Shown piece after piece: positions 48,466 through 58,684 of a DNA stretch of 64,000 bases. Origin of the DNA: Ilumatobacteraceae bacterium (GTDB lineage: Bacteria > Actinomycetota > Acidimicrobiia > Acidimicrobiales > Ilumatobacteraceae). The DNA is taken from NCBI GenBank assembly GCA_963716665.1, contig CAVQTY010000006.1, positions 2,036 through 66,035 on the forward strand, given 5' to 3'. The notes under the pieces are model-generated. The model did not search any database. It saw only the letters and a program-made list of their open reading frames with translations, and was not told where the DNA came from. A program made the translations under genes and the position numbers. Positions within the stretch are counted from its first letter, which is position 1; each line of letters opens with the position of its first letter.

Positions 48466-49509
48466 CTACTGGGCGGCGGTGACGAGGTCCTCGATTGCGG
48501 CGACGACGAGCTCGGGCTCCTCGAAGTAGATGTAGTGCGGGCTGTCCTCGGCGACGACGAGCGTGCCGTCGGTCGAGCGGGTGACGTGATCCTCTTGGAG
48601 GCCACGCCAGATCTCGTCGTAGCGGTCGAGCACGTCGGGAGTGAGGCCGAGTGACTCCAGCGCCTCGGCAGGCAAGACAGCGTCGAGCCCGAGGCCTTGA
48701 GCGAGCACGACGAGGGGAATGTCGCCGAGCGAGCCGTTCTCCGCCACCTGCGTCATGCTTGTGCCGAGGGCTTCATACTCGGCGACCGCGGTCCTCAGGC
48801 TCGTCGGTTGGAGGGTCAGTTCGGCCCACGTCTGATGAAGGTCCTCCGGGAGTCCCGCAGGAGCGTTCCCCACGACGTCCGCGGCGGTGACCGCACCCGC
48901 CTCGACCGCCGCCGCCAGCTCGCCGAGACCGGCGATCTCGGCGTCCTGGACAGCAAGCACCTCAGGTACCTCGCCGAGCGCTTCGGTCTGCTCGGGGTGC
49001 GAGGAGTCGATGAGCACGACGCCGGCGACGTCGTCGGGATGCTCGGCGGCGAACAGGATCATGTTCAGCCCGCCGAACGAGTGGCCGGCGAGCACGTACG
49101 GGCCGGCCTCCCCCGCCGTGTCGAGCAGCGTCGCCAGCTCGTCGACGATCTGCTGGCTGGTGCGCGGCTCCGGGCCCGGCTCGCTCCATCCATAGCCGGC
49201 GCGGTCGTAGCTACACACCCGGGTGAACTCCGAGATGCTGTCTTGCAATGGGTGGAAGTTGACCGAGCTGTCGCCGAGTCCGGTGTCGAGGATCACCGTC
49301 GGTGTGCCCTCGCCGGTGCAGTACAGGTGCATGGCGTGGCCGTCGACGTCGACGAGCTCGCCGGGTGGTTCTGGCGCCGCCGGCGTCGAGGACGGCGTCG
49401 CCGGTGTCGAGGACGGCGAGGTGGGCGGCACGGTCGACGCCGACGCCACGCCGGCACTGGCGATACATGCGCCGGCGATCGCCAGCGAAGTGACTCGGAC
49501 CACTCTCAT
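48466..49509 (-). CDS. Secreted alpha/beta hydrolase
   Basis: Signal peptide plus PSSTPAT repeats; SYDRAGYGWS, GHSFGG, SPHYI. Confidence 0.9.
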   Translation of the reverse strand: MRVVRVTSLAIAGACIASAGVASASTVPPTSPSSTPATPSSTPAAPEPPGELVDVDGHAMHLYCTGEGTPTVILDTGLGDSSVNFHPLQDSISEFTRVCSYDRAGYGWSEPGPEPRTSQQIVDELATLLDTAGEAGPYVLAGHSFGGLNMILFAAEHPDDVAGVVLIDSSHPEQTEALGEVPEVLAVQDAEIAGLGELAAAVEAGAVTAADVVGNAPAGLPEDLHQTWAELTLQPTSLRTAVAEYEALGTSMTQVAENGSLGDIPLVVLAQGLGLDAVLPAEALESLGLTPDVLDRYDEIWRGLQEDHVTRSTDGTLVVAEDSPHYIYFEEPELVVAAIEDLVTAAQ

Positions 49510-49518
49510 GCACTCTCC

Positions 49519-50607
49519 TTACGTCAGCGGGTCGATCGGGAAGCCGCCGACCGCCAGGTCGTCGGCAACTGGAAGTGTCGGGCGGGCTGCCTCGGGTCGA
49601 TCGAGGTAGAAGTACGCCGTCGAGGCGATGTCGTCGGTGAGCGGCTGATAGCGGTGGCCGGTCTTCCAGCCAAGGGCCTGGATGTCGACACGCACGTCGG
49701 TGCCGAAGTGAATCGGGTCGAGGACGTGCCAACGGTACATGCCGAAGCGTTGCTGGCTGCGATACAGACCGTCCGGGCGGACGACCTGGTGGAGGCCGAG
49801 GAACGGCGTCGAGTACGTGGTGTAGCCGTTGCCCGGCACGTCGAAGTTCCACGCACCGCCGAAGTAGTCCTCGGTTCCGGTGCCGCAGATCGTCGGGTAC
49901 TGCTCGTCGCCGTCGAGGTAGAACTTGATCTCCCCCTCGCCCCACCATCCCGGGCGGTTCACGCCCCAGGCGAGATAGGTGCCGACGTAGTGACCGCGGC
50001 CATCGACGCGATCGAGGATCGGATGCGTCGTCGCCGGCGGAAGCGGGTTGCTGCGCCGGTACTGGGCGTGGAGGTATCCGCTCTCGGCGACGTCGACGGC
50101 GGCGCCGATCTCGTAGGTGAGCTGGTAGTACACGGTGGCCGTCGCCGGGCGGAGGTTCTCGATCGTCAGTCGCGCCGACGTGTCGAACGGCATCGGCCAG
50201 TAGCAGTTGAACCCGCCGTGCGGGTTGGCGGCCACCGGCACGGAGCTGAGCTGGGCGAACTCGCACCAGCCCTGGCCGAAGAAGTCGCCGACCGGTACCT
50301 CGATCGCCGGCGCGGTGGCGCCGTCCCAGTAGGCGCGCAGGACGAGCGACCGCCAGTTGTCGCGATGCGTGGTCAGCCAGATGTGGGTGATCCGCCCCGG
50401 CCCGTCGATCGCTGCGAGCTCGAACGTCGACTCACCATCGATGTCGACGCTGGGTGAGATCTTCCAGCCCGGGCCGAGGTCGACGGCACAAGCTGCGCCA
50501 GTCCCTTCGGTGGCGCGTCCTCCGCCGCCCTTCGACCCATCGAAGTTCTCCGGGCTGATCGATCGCGTCTCGACGCCGTCGCGCAGGCGGGCGAGGTCGC
50601 CGAGCAT
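49519..50607 (-). CDS. Glycoside hydrolase family 172 (DUF2961)
   Basis: RSISPENFDGSKGGGG, ITHIW, WWGEGEIKFY, GTGTEDYFGGAW, YRWHVLDPI. Confidence 0.92.
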   Translation of the reverse strand: MLGDLARLRDGVETRSISPENFDGSKGGGGRATEGTGAACAVDLGPGWKISPSVDIDGESTFELAAIDGPGRITHIWLTTHRDNWRSLVLRAYWDGATAPAIEVPVGDFFGQGWCEFAQLSSVPVAANPHGGFNCYWPMPFDTSARLTIENLRPATATVYYQLTYEIGAAVDVAESGYLHAQYRRSNPLPPATTHPILDRVDGRGHYVGTYLAWGVNRPGWWGEGEIKFYLDGDEQYPTICGTGTEDYFGGAWNFDVPGNGYTTYSTPFLGLHQVVRPDGLYRSQQRFGMYRWHVLDPIHFGTDVRVDIQALGWKTGHRYQPLTDDIASTAYFYLDRPEAARPTLPVADDLAVGGFPIDPLT

Positions 50608-52253
50608 CAGCCCGACACCAGGTTGACGTCGCCGCAGAGGTGCACGGTGACGCCGAGGGCGTCGAACAGCGCGACCTTGGCGGTCGCGGCACGGTCGGCG
50701 GTGTCGGCATCTGGGGTGTAGGCGACCTGGACGTGATTGGCCTTGTGCTTGGCCATCAGCTGGTCACGCCCGACGCCGTGCAGCACGGCGTGCATGATCG
50801 GCCACTCCGGTGTGGTGGCATCGAGGCGGCGCTGCGTCTCCTCGGCGGGTAGATCGGCGACATGGCCACGGCCGAGATCGACGTGCAGCCGGCCACCCTC
50901 GATGTACACCCGCGACCAGACGATCTCGCCGGGCTTCGAGCAGCCGCTCAACGTGCCTCCGCCTAGGGGGAAGTACACCTTCGGTTGGCGCTTGCTGTAC
51001 GAGCGGTCGTAGCCGCCGTTGTGCGACGCCGGCACGGAACCGGAGATCAGCATCACCCACACGAACTCGTCGCCGTACTGCTCCCCCCAACGCACATCGT
51101 GAAGGGTCGTCGCCGGATCGAACCCCATCGCCTTCCAGATCCGGTTCGTCACCAGCGCATCGACGGCGACGCCCTCGTCGACCTCGTTGAAGTGCGGCAG
51201 CGGCTCACCGGCGTAGAGCTCGCGGGCTCCGTCACGGCTGCGCACGGGTGGCCGCTCGACGTTGTTGAGCAACCCCTCGGCGAGATCGCTCGCCGGGACG
51301 ACGTCCTTGAGTCCCTGCTGGTACTGGATCCCGACGGCGTCGAGGCCGAAGTCGTCGGCGATGCGGAGGGCGGCGATGTACATCTTCAACTGACTCGTCA
51401 CCTGCGCCGGCGTCAGTTCGTTCTCCTCGTCGGTGCCGAAGTCGAAGCGGAGGCCGGCGTCGTCGAGCCACGCCTTCACCGCCGCCGCTTCGCCCTCGCT
51501 GACCCGGTTCATCTCGGCGACGAGGGCGCTCTGCGACAACCGCTCCTTGTAGATCCCCAACGGGTTGATCAACTCGTCGTCGAAGATCGCGTTGTACATC
51601 CCCATGCAGCCCTCGTCGAACACCCCGATGATCGCCTTCTCGCGTCGCAACTGATCGGCCAGCGCCCGACCCAGGGCGACCTCCTCGGCGGTGTCGTCGA
51701 GGACGGGCAGATCGTGGACGTGGCCGAGGTCGTGGACGAGCTTGCCCGTCTCCAACCACGTGCGCAGACCGTCGCGCGCCCACTCGTCGGTGAAGTCGAC
51801 GCTCCACAACGACGAGTACTCGACACCCGCCTTGGTCAGACTTGCCGTCAGGTTCAGCAAGCCGACGAGGCCGGGGAACGTGCCGTTCCAGTTCGCCACC
51901 ACCATGATCGGCCCGCGGTGCGTCCGCAGCCCGGCCAGAACGTGATGGCTGTACTGCCACACGCCCTCGACGACGAGCAGCGGCGCGTCCGGCGGCAACG
52001 TGGCGAACACCTCCAGCCCCTTGCGCTGGCTGTCGATGAACCCATGTCCGGCCTCCTCGTCGAACTGATGGCCGCGCACGACGCTCCAACCGAACGACTC
52101 GACCGCCCGGGTGACGTCTGCCTCCAACTGCGCCTGCACCGGCCAGCACTTCACGTTCGCCGACGGACGCAGGTCACCGCTGGCGACGGTGTACACCGTG
52201 CGCGGCGGCGCCGCCGGTGTCGGGGCGACCTCAGGAAATTGATAGCTGGGCAT
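50607..52253 (-). CDS. L-fucose/D-arabinose isomerase-like protein
   Basis: SGDLRPSAN, WQYSHHV, FDEGCMGM, GIQYQQGLKD, HFNEVDE, TLHDVRWG, NHVQVAY. Confidence 0.8.
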   Translation of the reverse strand: MPSYQFPEVAPTPAAPPRTVYTVASGDLRPSANVKCWPVQAQLEADVTRAVESFGWSVVRGHQFDEEAGHGFIDSQRKGLEVFATLPPDAPLLVVEGVWQYSHHVLAGLRTHRGPIMVVANWNGTFPGLVGLLNLTASLTKAGVEYSSLWSVDFTDEWARDGLRTWLETGKLVHDLGHVHDLPVLDDTAEEVALGRALADQLRREKAIIGVFDEGCMGMYNAIFDDELINPLGIYKERLSQSALVAEMNRVSEGEAAAVKAWLDDAGLRFDFGTDEENELTPAQVTSQLKMYIAALRIADDFGLDAVGIQYQQGLKDVVPASDLAEGLLNNVERPPVRSRDGARELYAGEPLPHFNEVDEGVAVDALVTNRIWKAMGFDPATTLHDVRWGEQYGDEFVWVMLISGSVPASHNGGYDRSYSKRQPKVYFPLGGGTLSGCSKPGEIVWSRVYIEGGRLHVDLGRGHVADLPAEETQRRLDATTPEWPIMHAVLHGVGRDQLMAKHKANHVQVAYTPDADTADRAATAKVALFDALGVTVHLCGDVNLVSG

Positions 52254-53766
52254 CGCGGACCTCTCTCTTCGGGACTCTCGCCGCCCGGCGCTGACGGGCG
52301 GTGAGGGCGTGGGTGATCTCGGTCGTCGACTCGTAGAGCTGCCTGTAGAGGGCGTACAGCTCGTCGTAGTCATCGGCCAACGCGGCCTGCGGCACGACCT
52401 CGCCGGCAACTGGATTCCAGTCGGCGGTGTCCAGCCCGGCCGCCGCCGCGGCAAGTCGCGCCGACCCGTAGCAAGCGCCGATGTTTTGCGTCGGCAATTC
52501 CTGGGTCAGCCCGGTGACGTCGGAGACGATCTGCGTCCACAGCTCGCCCTGGGTTCCACCACCGACGGCGACGACCCTGGCGATCGTCACCCCGGCAGCG
52601 TGGAATGCCTCGACGTTGTGGCGCACACCCATCGCCGTCGCCTCCAGGGCGGCGCGGTAGAGGTCGCCGGCGGTGTGCGTGACGGTGAGGCCGGCGATGA
52701 CGCCACGGGCGGCGGCATCCTCGAACGGCGTACGCTCACCGGCGAAGTAGGGCAGCATCACGAGCCCGTTGGCACCAGGTGCGGATCGGGCGGCCGCAGC
52801 AAGCAACTCGCCGTAGTCCCCGCCGCCGAACACATCGCGCAACCACGCCGTGATCGCCCCTGATGTCGCCATCCCGCCGGCGAGGTTGTAGCTGCCAGCT
52901 TCCAGCCCGACCGTGCCCCACAACGGTGGCGCCGCCCGCGGCTCGGCGACGGAACAGACGAGGAACAACGTCGTGCCGTACATCAACATCAGGTCGCCCT
53001 CGCCGAGGGCGTCGACGCTCGCCGCCTCGGCCCACGCGTCGACGGTGCCGGCGATGACCGGCGTTCCGGTGGCCAGTCCGGTCTGGCTCGCCGCTGCGGC
53101 GCTCACCGCACCGGCGACCTCGCCCGACCATGCCAGCACCGGTGGATCGATCCGGCCGGCGATCTCGTTCCACCACGGCTGGTGCCACTCGTTCATCCGC
53201 GCGTCGTAGAGCGGCACGGACTGACTCGCCGAGTGATGGTCGAGGACGTACTCACCGGTGAGCTGCCACACGAGGTACGAGCTCGGCATCAACAGCATGC
53301 GGGCGCGGTCGAACACGTACGGTTCGTGATCGGCGATCCAGGCCAGCTTCGGCCCGACCGCCTGGCTCGTCAGCGCCGAGCCACAGCGCTCGACGATCGC
53401 CTCCGGCGAGTAGCGGGCGTTGAGCCGGTCGATCTGCGCTCCCGCCCGCGTGTCGACGCCGTACAGAATCGCCGGACGCAACGGTGTGCCGGCCCCATCG
53501 GTGAGCAAGGTGCACGGCCCCATACCGCTCACGCCGACGGCGAGGACTTCGGTAGTCGCGACGGCGAGCAACTCACCAGTGATGTCGACGAACTCGTCCC
53601 ACCACACCCTCGCGTCCATCTCGACGTGGCCAGGTTCCGGCCGCCGCACGGCGTGATCACGGGTCGCCGTGGCGATCAACTCACCGGTGGTCGAGACGAG
53701 CGCGCCCTTGCTGCTCGAGGTGCCGATGTCGACACCGAGCAGCACCTGCGTACTCTTCCCCTTCAC
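52231..53766 (-). CDS. FGGY family carbohydrate kinase
   Basis: LGVDIGTSSSK, GTVDA, LPYFAGERTP, VGGGTQ. Confidence 0.93.
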   Translation of the reverse strand: MKGKSTQVLLGVDIGTSSSKGALVSTTGELIATATRDHAVRRPEPGHVEMDARVWWDEFVDITGELLAVATTEVLAVGVSGMGPCTLLTDGAGTPLRPAILYGVDTRAGAQIDRLNARYSPEAIVERCGSALTSQAVGPKLAWIADHEPYVFDRARMLLMPSSYLVWQLTGEYVLDHHSASQSVPLYDARMNEWHQPWWNEIAGRIDPPVLAWSGEVAGAVSAAAASQTGLATGTPVIAGTVDAWAEAASVDALGEGDLMLMYGTTLFLVCSVAEPRAAPPLWGTVGLEAGSYNLAGGMATSGAITAWLRDVFGGGDYGELLAAAARSAPGANGLVMLPYFAGERTPFEDAAARGVIAGLTVTHTAGDLYRAALEATAMGVRHNVEAFHAAGVTIARVVAVGGGTQGELWTQIVSDVTGLTQELPTQNIGACYGSARLAAAAAGLDTADWNPVAGEVVPQAALADDYDELYALYRQLYESTTEITHALTARQRRAARVPKREVRDAQLSIS

Positions 53767-53807
53767 GATTTCCCCCGATGTCGCACGATCACCGCGACGG
53801 TAGATCC

Positions 53808-53952
53808 GGGAAACCGATTTCGCAAGCGCCGGAGAAGGCTCGGCTGAGCACGGCAGGCTCGCGCAGGACGACGACAGAAGTTCGCCGTGGCCAGCATTGA
53901 CACCTCCGGTTATGGAGGTCTACCGTCACGGTTCTGAGTAATCGGTTGCTCA
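53808..53952. promoter_or_regulatory. Divergent promoter with two LacI-type operators
   Basis: TTGACA (53897) - 18 bp - TACCGT (53921); palindromes GGGAAACCGATTTCGC (53808) and TGAGTAATCGGTTGCTCA (53935). Confidence 0.65.
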
Positions 53953-53975
53953 TCAAGGCACAAGGGGGACGGCTC

Positions 53976-55340
53976 ATGGAACGAATCGACAACAGCAGCC
54001 CGGTGTGGGACGGCCACTTCAACCGCCGGCGGCTGCTCCAAGGCCTCGGTGCGGCGGCGGCGATCCCGGCCATCCACTCGCTCGGTGCCGGCCGCGCCCT
54101 CGCCTCGGCGGCCACGTCGACGTCGAGCCGACGGCGCCCGACCAGCGGCGACCCGGTAGAGCTGCAGCTCGTCTACTACGGCGACGTCAACCAGCAGGCC
54201 GCGTGGGAGGCACTCTTCACCGAGTTCAACCGGGCAGAGCCGGGCATCAAGATCACTTCCAACGGCGTGTCCGCCCCCAGCTGGGGCGAGTATGTCTCGA
54301 CGGTGGCCACCCAGCTCGCCGGCGGCAGGGAGTACGACATCGTTTATGTCGCCACCGAAGGCCAGCGCCTGCTCGCGTCGAGGGACATCCTGCTCCCCCT
54401 CGATGACTACATCGCCGCCGATCAGGAGTTGATCGACGACTACTTCGCCGACGTCAACCCCAACCTCCGCGAGTGGACCGTGACGTACGGGTCGCCGGAT
54501 GGCCAGACGTACTACATCCCCGGCGGCTACAACACGATGGTGCTGTACTGCAACACAGCGGTGTTCGAGGAGGCCGGCGTCGAGCTGCCCGAGACGGACT
54601 GGACGTGGGACGAGTTCTACGAGGCGGGAGTCGCCATCAAGGAGGCAACCGGGGCGTTCCTCCATCCGATCGGGTCCGGTTTCGTCTTCGGCAACATCAT
54701 GCCGTGGTTGCTCACCAACGGCGCGAGCACGATGGACGCCGAATGGGCGACGGCGACGTTCAACTCTCCGGAAGCGGTGGCGGCCGCCGAGTTCGCCAAG
54801 CGACTGATCGACGAGGAGCTGTCGCCCGTGCCCGGCGGCGAGTTCGACCTCGGCGCCCAGTTCGCCGACGGCCGGCTGGCCACCTTCGGCGCCGGCCGGT
54901 GGATGACGCCCGTGATCCGTGACCTCGAACTCGTCGAGCAGACGCGCATTCTCAACTGGCCGACGAATGCCGGCAATGGCTCCCCCGTCGGCTGGGACGC
55001 GTGGCCAATCTTGAAGAGCTCGGCCAACCCGGACGCGGCGTGGGCCTTCCTCCGTTGGCTGACGACCGTGGAGGCGTCGGTGTACTACGCCGAGGTCGGG
55101 GGAACGAACATCCCGGCGCGCAACTCCGTCGCCAACAGCGAGTCGTTCCTCGCCAATGCTCCGGCCGGCTCGGAGTTGCTCGCCGGCGCTGTCAGCTTCG
55201 CTACGCCGATCCCCTCGCCCGACGACCTGCCCGGAGCCGAGACTGCGATCAGCGAGGGATGGACAGCGGCGATCACCGGGCAGCAGGACGTCCAGGAAGC
55301 GCTCGACAGCGCCAACGAAGCGCTCCAAGCAGTCCTGTAG
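53976..55340 (+). CDS. Tat-exported oligosaccharide ABC substrate-binding protein
   Basis: FNRRRLLQG Tat motif; DGQTYYIP, DWTWDEF, AAWAFLRWL (CUT1-type SBP). Confidence 0.92.
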   Translation: MERIDNSSPVWDGHFNRRRLLQGLGAAAAIPAIHSLGAGRALASAATSTSSRRRPTSGDPVELQLVYYGDVNQQAAWEALFTEFNRAEPGIKITSNGVSAPSWGEYVSTVATQLAGGREYDIVYVATEGQRLLASRDILLPLDDYIAADQELIDDYFADVNPNLREWTVTYGSPDGQTYYIPGGYNTMVLYCNTAVFEEAGVELPETDWTWDEFYEAGVAIKEATGAFLHPIGSGFVFGNIMPWLLTNGASTMDAEWATATFNSPEAVAAAEFAKRLIDEELSPVPGGEFDLGAQFADGRLATFGAGRWMTPVIRDLELVEQTRILNWPTNAGNGSPVGWDAWPILKSSANPDAAWAFLRWLTTVEASVYYAEVGGTNIPARNSVANSESFLANAPAGSELLAGAVSFATPIPSPDDLPGAETAISEGWTAAITGQQDVQEALDSANEALQAVL

Positions 55341-56269
55341 TGACCGCGCGGCGGGGGTTTCGGGCCGAGGTTCCCGCCGGCCTCCGGCCCCGCCGCCCCA
55401 GGCAGGATTGGTCGGGCTATGTCTTCATCAGCCCGGCCATCCTGCTGTTCGTCGTGTTCATCGTCGGGCCGTTCTTCTACGCGATCGTCCTCAGCTTCTA
55501 CTCCTGGGACCTGTTCACCCCTCGGACCTTCGTCGGGCTCGAGAACTTCCGCGAGATGGTCGACGACCCGCTGCTCTACAAGGCACTGCGCAACACGTTC
55601 GTGTTCGCGCTCGCATCCGTGCTCACCCACGTCGTCGGCGGGCTGTTGCTGGCGCTCGGCGTCAACCAGCTGAAGAACCGCGGCCTGTCCTATTTCGTGC
55701 GGACATCGCTGTTCTTCCCGTTCGTCATCTCCTGGGCGGCGGTCGCCCTGTTGTGGCGATACGTCCTGAGCCCGACCTTCGGCCTCGTGTCGTATTACTC
55801 CGAGAAGCTCGGGTTCACGCCCCCGGACTGGTTCAACGACCCGCAGTGGACGCTGCCGGCGATCATCGGCATCGACTGGTGGCACACGATCGGGTTCACG
55901 TTCATCATCATGCTCGCCGGGCTACAAGCGGTCCCCCAGGAGCTCGTCGAGGCGGCGCGCACGGATGGTGCCAGCTCGTGGCGGGTGCTCTGGAACGTGA
56001 CGATCCCGATGATGTCGCCGACGATCTTCTTCGTCACCGTGATCACGTTCCTCGGCGCCTTCCAGATCTTCGACCCGATGCAGATCATCACGCCTGGCGG
56101 CGGACCCGACGACTCGACGCTGACGATCGTGATGTACCTCTACCAGACCGGCTTCCAGCGATTCACCGTCGGGTATGCAGCAGCCGTGTCGATCCTCATG
56201 TTCGCGGTGATGATGGTCGTCACCTTGCTGCAGTTCTGGGGCTCCCGCAGGTGGGTGCATCAGGCATGA
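55340..56269 (+). CDS. Carbohydrate ABC permease
   Basis: FVGLENF; LAGLQAVPQELVEAARTDGA EAA motif. Confidence 0.93.
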   Translation: MTARRGFRAEVPAGLRPRRPRQDWSGYVFISPAILLFVVFIVGPFFYAIVLSFYSWDLFTPRTFVGLENFREMVDDPLLYKALRNTFVFALASVLTHVVGGLLLALGVNQLKNRGLSYFVRTSLFFPFVISWAAVALLWRYVLSPTFGLVSYYSEKLGFTPPDWFNDPQWTLPAIIGIDWWHTIGFTFIIMLAGLQAVPQELVEAARTDGASSWRVLWNVTIPMMSPTIFFVTVITFLGAFQIFDPMQIITPGGGPDDSTLTIVMYLYQTGFQRFTVGYAAAVSILMFAVMMVVTLLQFWGSRRWVHQA

Positions 56270-57093
56270 TCAAGGGTCGACGGGTGCCGCGTTTCGTGAT
56301 CGGGCTCGTGCTGTTCGTCGTTGGCGTGCTGATGCTCGCCCCACTGGTGTGGATGATCGGGGAGAGCTTCACCGACCCGCAGGAGGCGCTGCGCCTACCG
56401 CCGCACTGGATCCCGAAACCGTTCTCGGTGCAGAACTATCGGGACATCTCCGGCCTGATCCCCTTCGCCCGGATGGCGCGGAACAGCCTGATCGTCGCCA
56501 CCATCGCGACCGCCGGTTCGATGTTCGTCAGCGTGCTCGCCGCCTATGCGTTCTCCCGGCTCCGGTTCCCGGGGCGCGAGCCGATCTTCCTCGGCATGCT
56601 CGCCGCGCTGATGATTCCGGGCCAGATGACGGTGATCCCGGTGTTCATTCTCTTGCGCAATCTCCACCTCATCGATCGCTTGCCATCGCTGTGGTTGCCT
56701 GCATTGATCAACGTGTTCGCCATCTTCTTCTTCCGTCAGTACTTCAACACGATTCCACGCGAGCTGGACGAGGCGGCGCGCATCGACGGCGCCAACAACG
56801 TGTGGATCTTGTTCCGCGTGATCCTCCCGCTGTCGGGACCGGCGCTGGCGGCGGTGGCGATCCTGAGCTTCGAGGCGTCGTGGAACAGCTACTTCGGGCC
56901 GTTGATCTTCATCAGCACCAAGGAGAACATGACCCTGCCTCTCGGGCTGGTGACGCTCAACACGACGCAAGGTGGAGGGTCGGTGGTGGTGTTCGCAGCG
57001 ATCACTGCCGTGGTTGTGCCCGTGCTGATCGTGTTCCTGGTGTTCCAGCGCGCGTTCGTCGCCAGCATCGCCTCCGTAGGAATCCGCGGCTGA
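56266..57093 (+). CDS. Carbohydrate ABC permease
   Basis: AAYAFSRLRF; IPRELDEAARIDGA EAA motif. Confidence 0.93.
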   Translation: MIKGRRVPRFVIGLVLFVVGVLMLAPLVWMIGESFTDPQEALRLPPHWIPKPFSVQNYRDISGLIPFARMARNSLIVATIATAGSMFVSVLAAYAFSRLRFPGREPIFLGMLAALMIPGQMTVIPVFILLRNLHLIDRLPSLWLPALINVFAIFFFRQYFNTIPRELDEAARIDGANNVWILFRVILPLSGPALAAVAILSFEASWNSYFGPLIFISTKENMTLPLGLVTLNTTQGGGSVVVFAAITAVVVPVLIVFLVFQRAFVASIASVGIRG

Positions 57094-57749
57094 TGAAGAA
57101 CGACCAGGTGATCGCCACGACGCTGCGCGGTGCGTGGCCGAGCCTTCCGGCGCTGCTCACCGGCAGTGCCGGTGTCTGCGTCGCAGCAATCGTGCCAGTC
57201 GTCGTCGCCCCCGGGATCAATCCGGTCGCCCTCGTGATGACCGCAGTCGTCGTCGTCCCCTTCGTCGCCGCCCTCGTCGCTGTCGTCAACGACCTCGCCG
57301 ACGACGTGCCGGCGACGATCACTACCTGGTGGCGAGCGCTCGGCTCGCTGTGGGGCTGGTCGACCGGCCTCGGCCTGCTCGCCGCCTTCCCGGCCTCGCT
57401 GTTCCTTGCTGCCGTCGAGGTCGTGTCCTCGACGGGAAACCCGTTGATGTGGCCGTCGTTCGCGCTCACCGGGGCGGCGACGGTGATCACCGTGCTCGGT
57501 CTCATGGCCGCGCTGCCGCTCGGCACCGCGCATCGGCAGTTGCGCGGTCGGGCGCTGTGGACCGCCAGCCTGTTCATCGTCTCCCGCCGCCCGACCCGGT
57601 TCGTCGCCGTGGCCACGACGATCATCGGTGGCGTCTGGGTGGCGACGACCTGGTCGGCTTCGCTGTTGCTGCTCGTTCCCGCCCCGGCGGCGATCGTCGC
57701 CGTCGCGGCGACGTGGACCTCGACCCCCGACACCCTCACGAGGAGATAA
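57093..57749 (+). CDS. Integral membrane protein (YesL/DUF624-like)
   Basis: Multiple TM segments; translationally coupled to the preceding permease. Confidence 0.7.
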   Translation: MKNDQVIATTLRGAWPSLPALLTGSAGVCVAAIVPVVVAPGINPVALVMTAVVVVPFVAALVAVVNDLADDVPATITTWWRALGSLWGWSTGLGLLAAFPASLFLAAVEVVSSTGNPLMWPSFALTGAATVITVLGLMAALPLGTAHRQLRGRALWTASLFIVSRRPTRFVAVATTIIGGVWVATTWSASLLLLVPAPAAIVAVAATWTSTPDTLTRR

Positions 57750-57753
57750 CCCA

Positions 57754-58683
57754 GTGCCCCGAGATCTGTTGATCGCCGCCTTCACGCTGGTCGTGATGAC
57801 CGTCCCGTTCGGCGCCAGAGCGGCCGCGTCGGCGCCGCCCGAACCGCTCGTCGAGGCCGGCGAGTTCGAGCACATCTACGACCCCAGCGTCGGTGAGTCG
57901 GGGCCGTGGTACATCAACGACCACACGTTCGTGCGCGGCCCGGACGGGACGTGGCACATGTTCGGCATCACCCACGCCGAGCCGGCCGAGCCGCTCGACG
58001 AGAAGAACCTCGCCCACGCCATCGCGCCGAGCCTCTCCGGACCGTGGACGAAGCAGCCGTTCGCTCTCAGCGCCGACCCGTGGTATGGCGAGACCCACCT
58101 GTGGGCGCCACACGTGATCGAGGTCGACGGGGTGTTCCACATGTTCTACGCCGGAGGCGGACCCGACAACGACAGCTACCAGATCAACCTGGCGACCTCA
58201 CCCGACCTCGAGACGTGGACGAGGCACTCCGACGGTCCGCTGTTCCGTGATGGCTACGACGCCCGCGACCCGTTCGTGATCCGCATCGGTGACGAGTGGG
58301 TGATGTACTACACGGCGACCAGCGAGCCGGCAGGCGGCAACCACACCGTGATGTACCGCACGAGCGACGACCTCGTCCGCTGGAGCGAGCGCCACACCGT
58401 GTTCACCGATCCCGAGGTCGGCACGTTCGGCGGCGGCACCGAGTCGCCGTTCGTCGTCGAGCGCGACGGCTCGTGGTACCTCTTCATCGGGCCGCGCCCC
58501 GACTACGTCGGCACCGACGTCTTCCGCAGCGACGACCCGTTCGACTTCGAGGACGCCGAGCTCGTCGGCCACATCGAGTCGCACGCCGCCGAGGTCGTCG
58601 TTGACGGTGTCGACTGGTTCGTCTCCTCGGCCGGTTGGGGGGAAGGTGGCCTCCACCTCGCCCCGCTGACCTGGCAGGGGTGA
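57754..58683 (+). CDS. Secreted five-bladed beta-propeller glycoside hydrolase (GH43/GH32 clan-like)
   Basis: WYINDH, LWAPHV, ARDPFV, TESPFV motifs; signal peptide. Confidence 0.85.
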   Translation: MPRDLLIAAFTLVVMTVPFGARAAASAPPEPLVEAGEFEHIYDPSVGESGPWYINDHTFVRGPDGTWHMFGITHAEPAEPLDEKNLAHAIAPSLSGPWTKQPFALSADPWYGETHLWAPHVIEVDGVFHMFYAGGGPDNDSYQINLATSPDLETWTRHSDGPLFRDGYDARDPFVIRIGDEWVMYYTATSEPAGGNHTVMYRTSDDLVRWSERHTVFTDPEVGTFGGGTESPFVVERDGSWYLFIGPRPDYVGTDVFRSDDPFDFEDAELVGHIESHAAEVVVDGVDWFVSSAGWGEGGLHLAPLTWQG

Positions 58684-58684
58684 A

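Noticed and set aside
48697-50457. 586-aa plus-strand ORF
   Set aside because: Antisense to the hydrolase and GH172 genes; no recognisable motifs.
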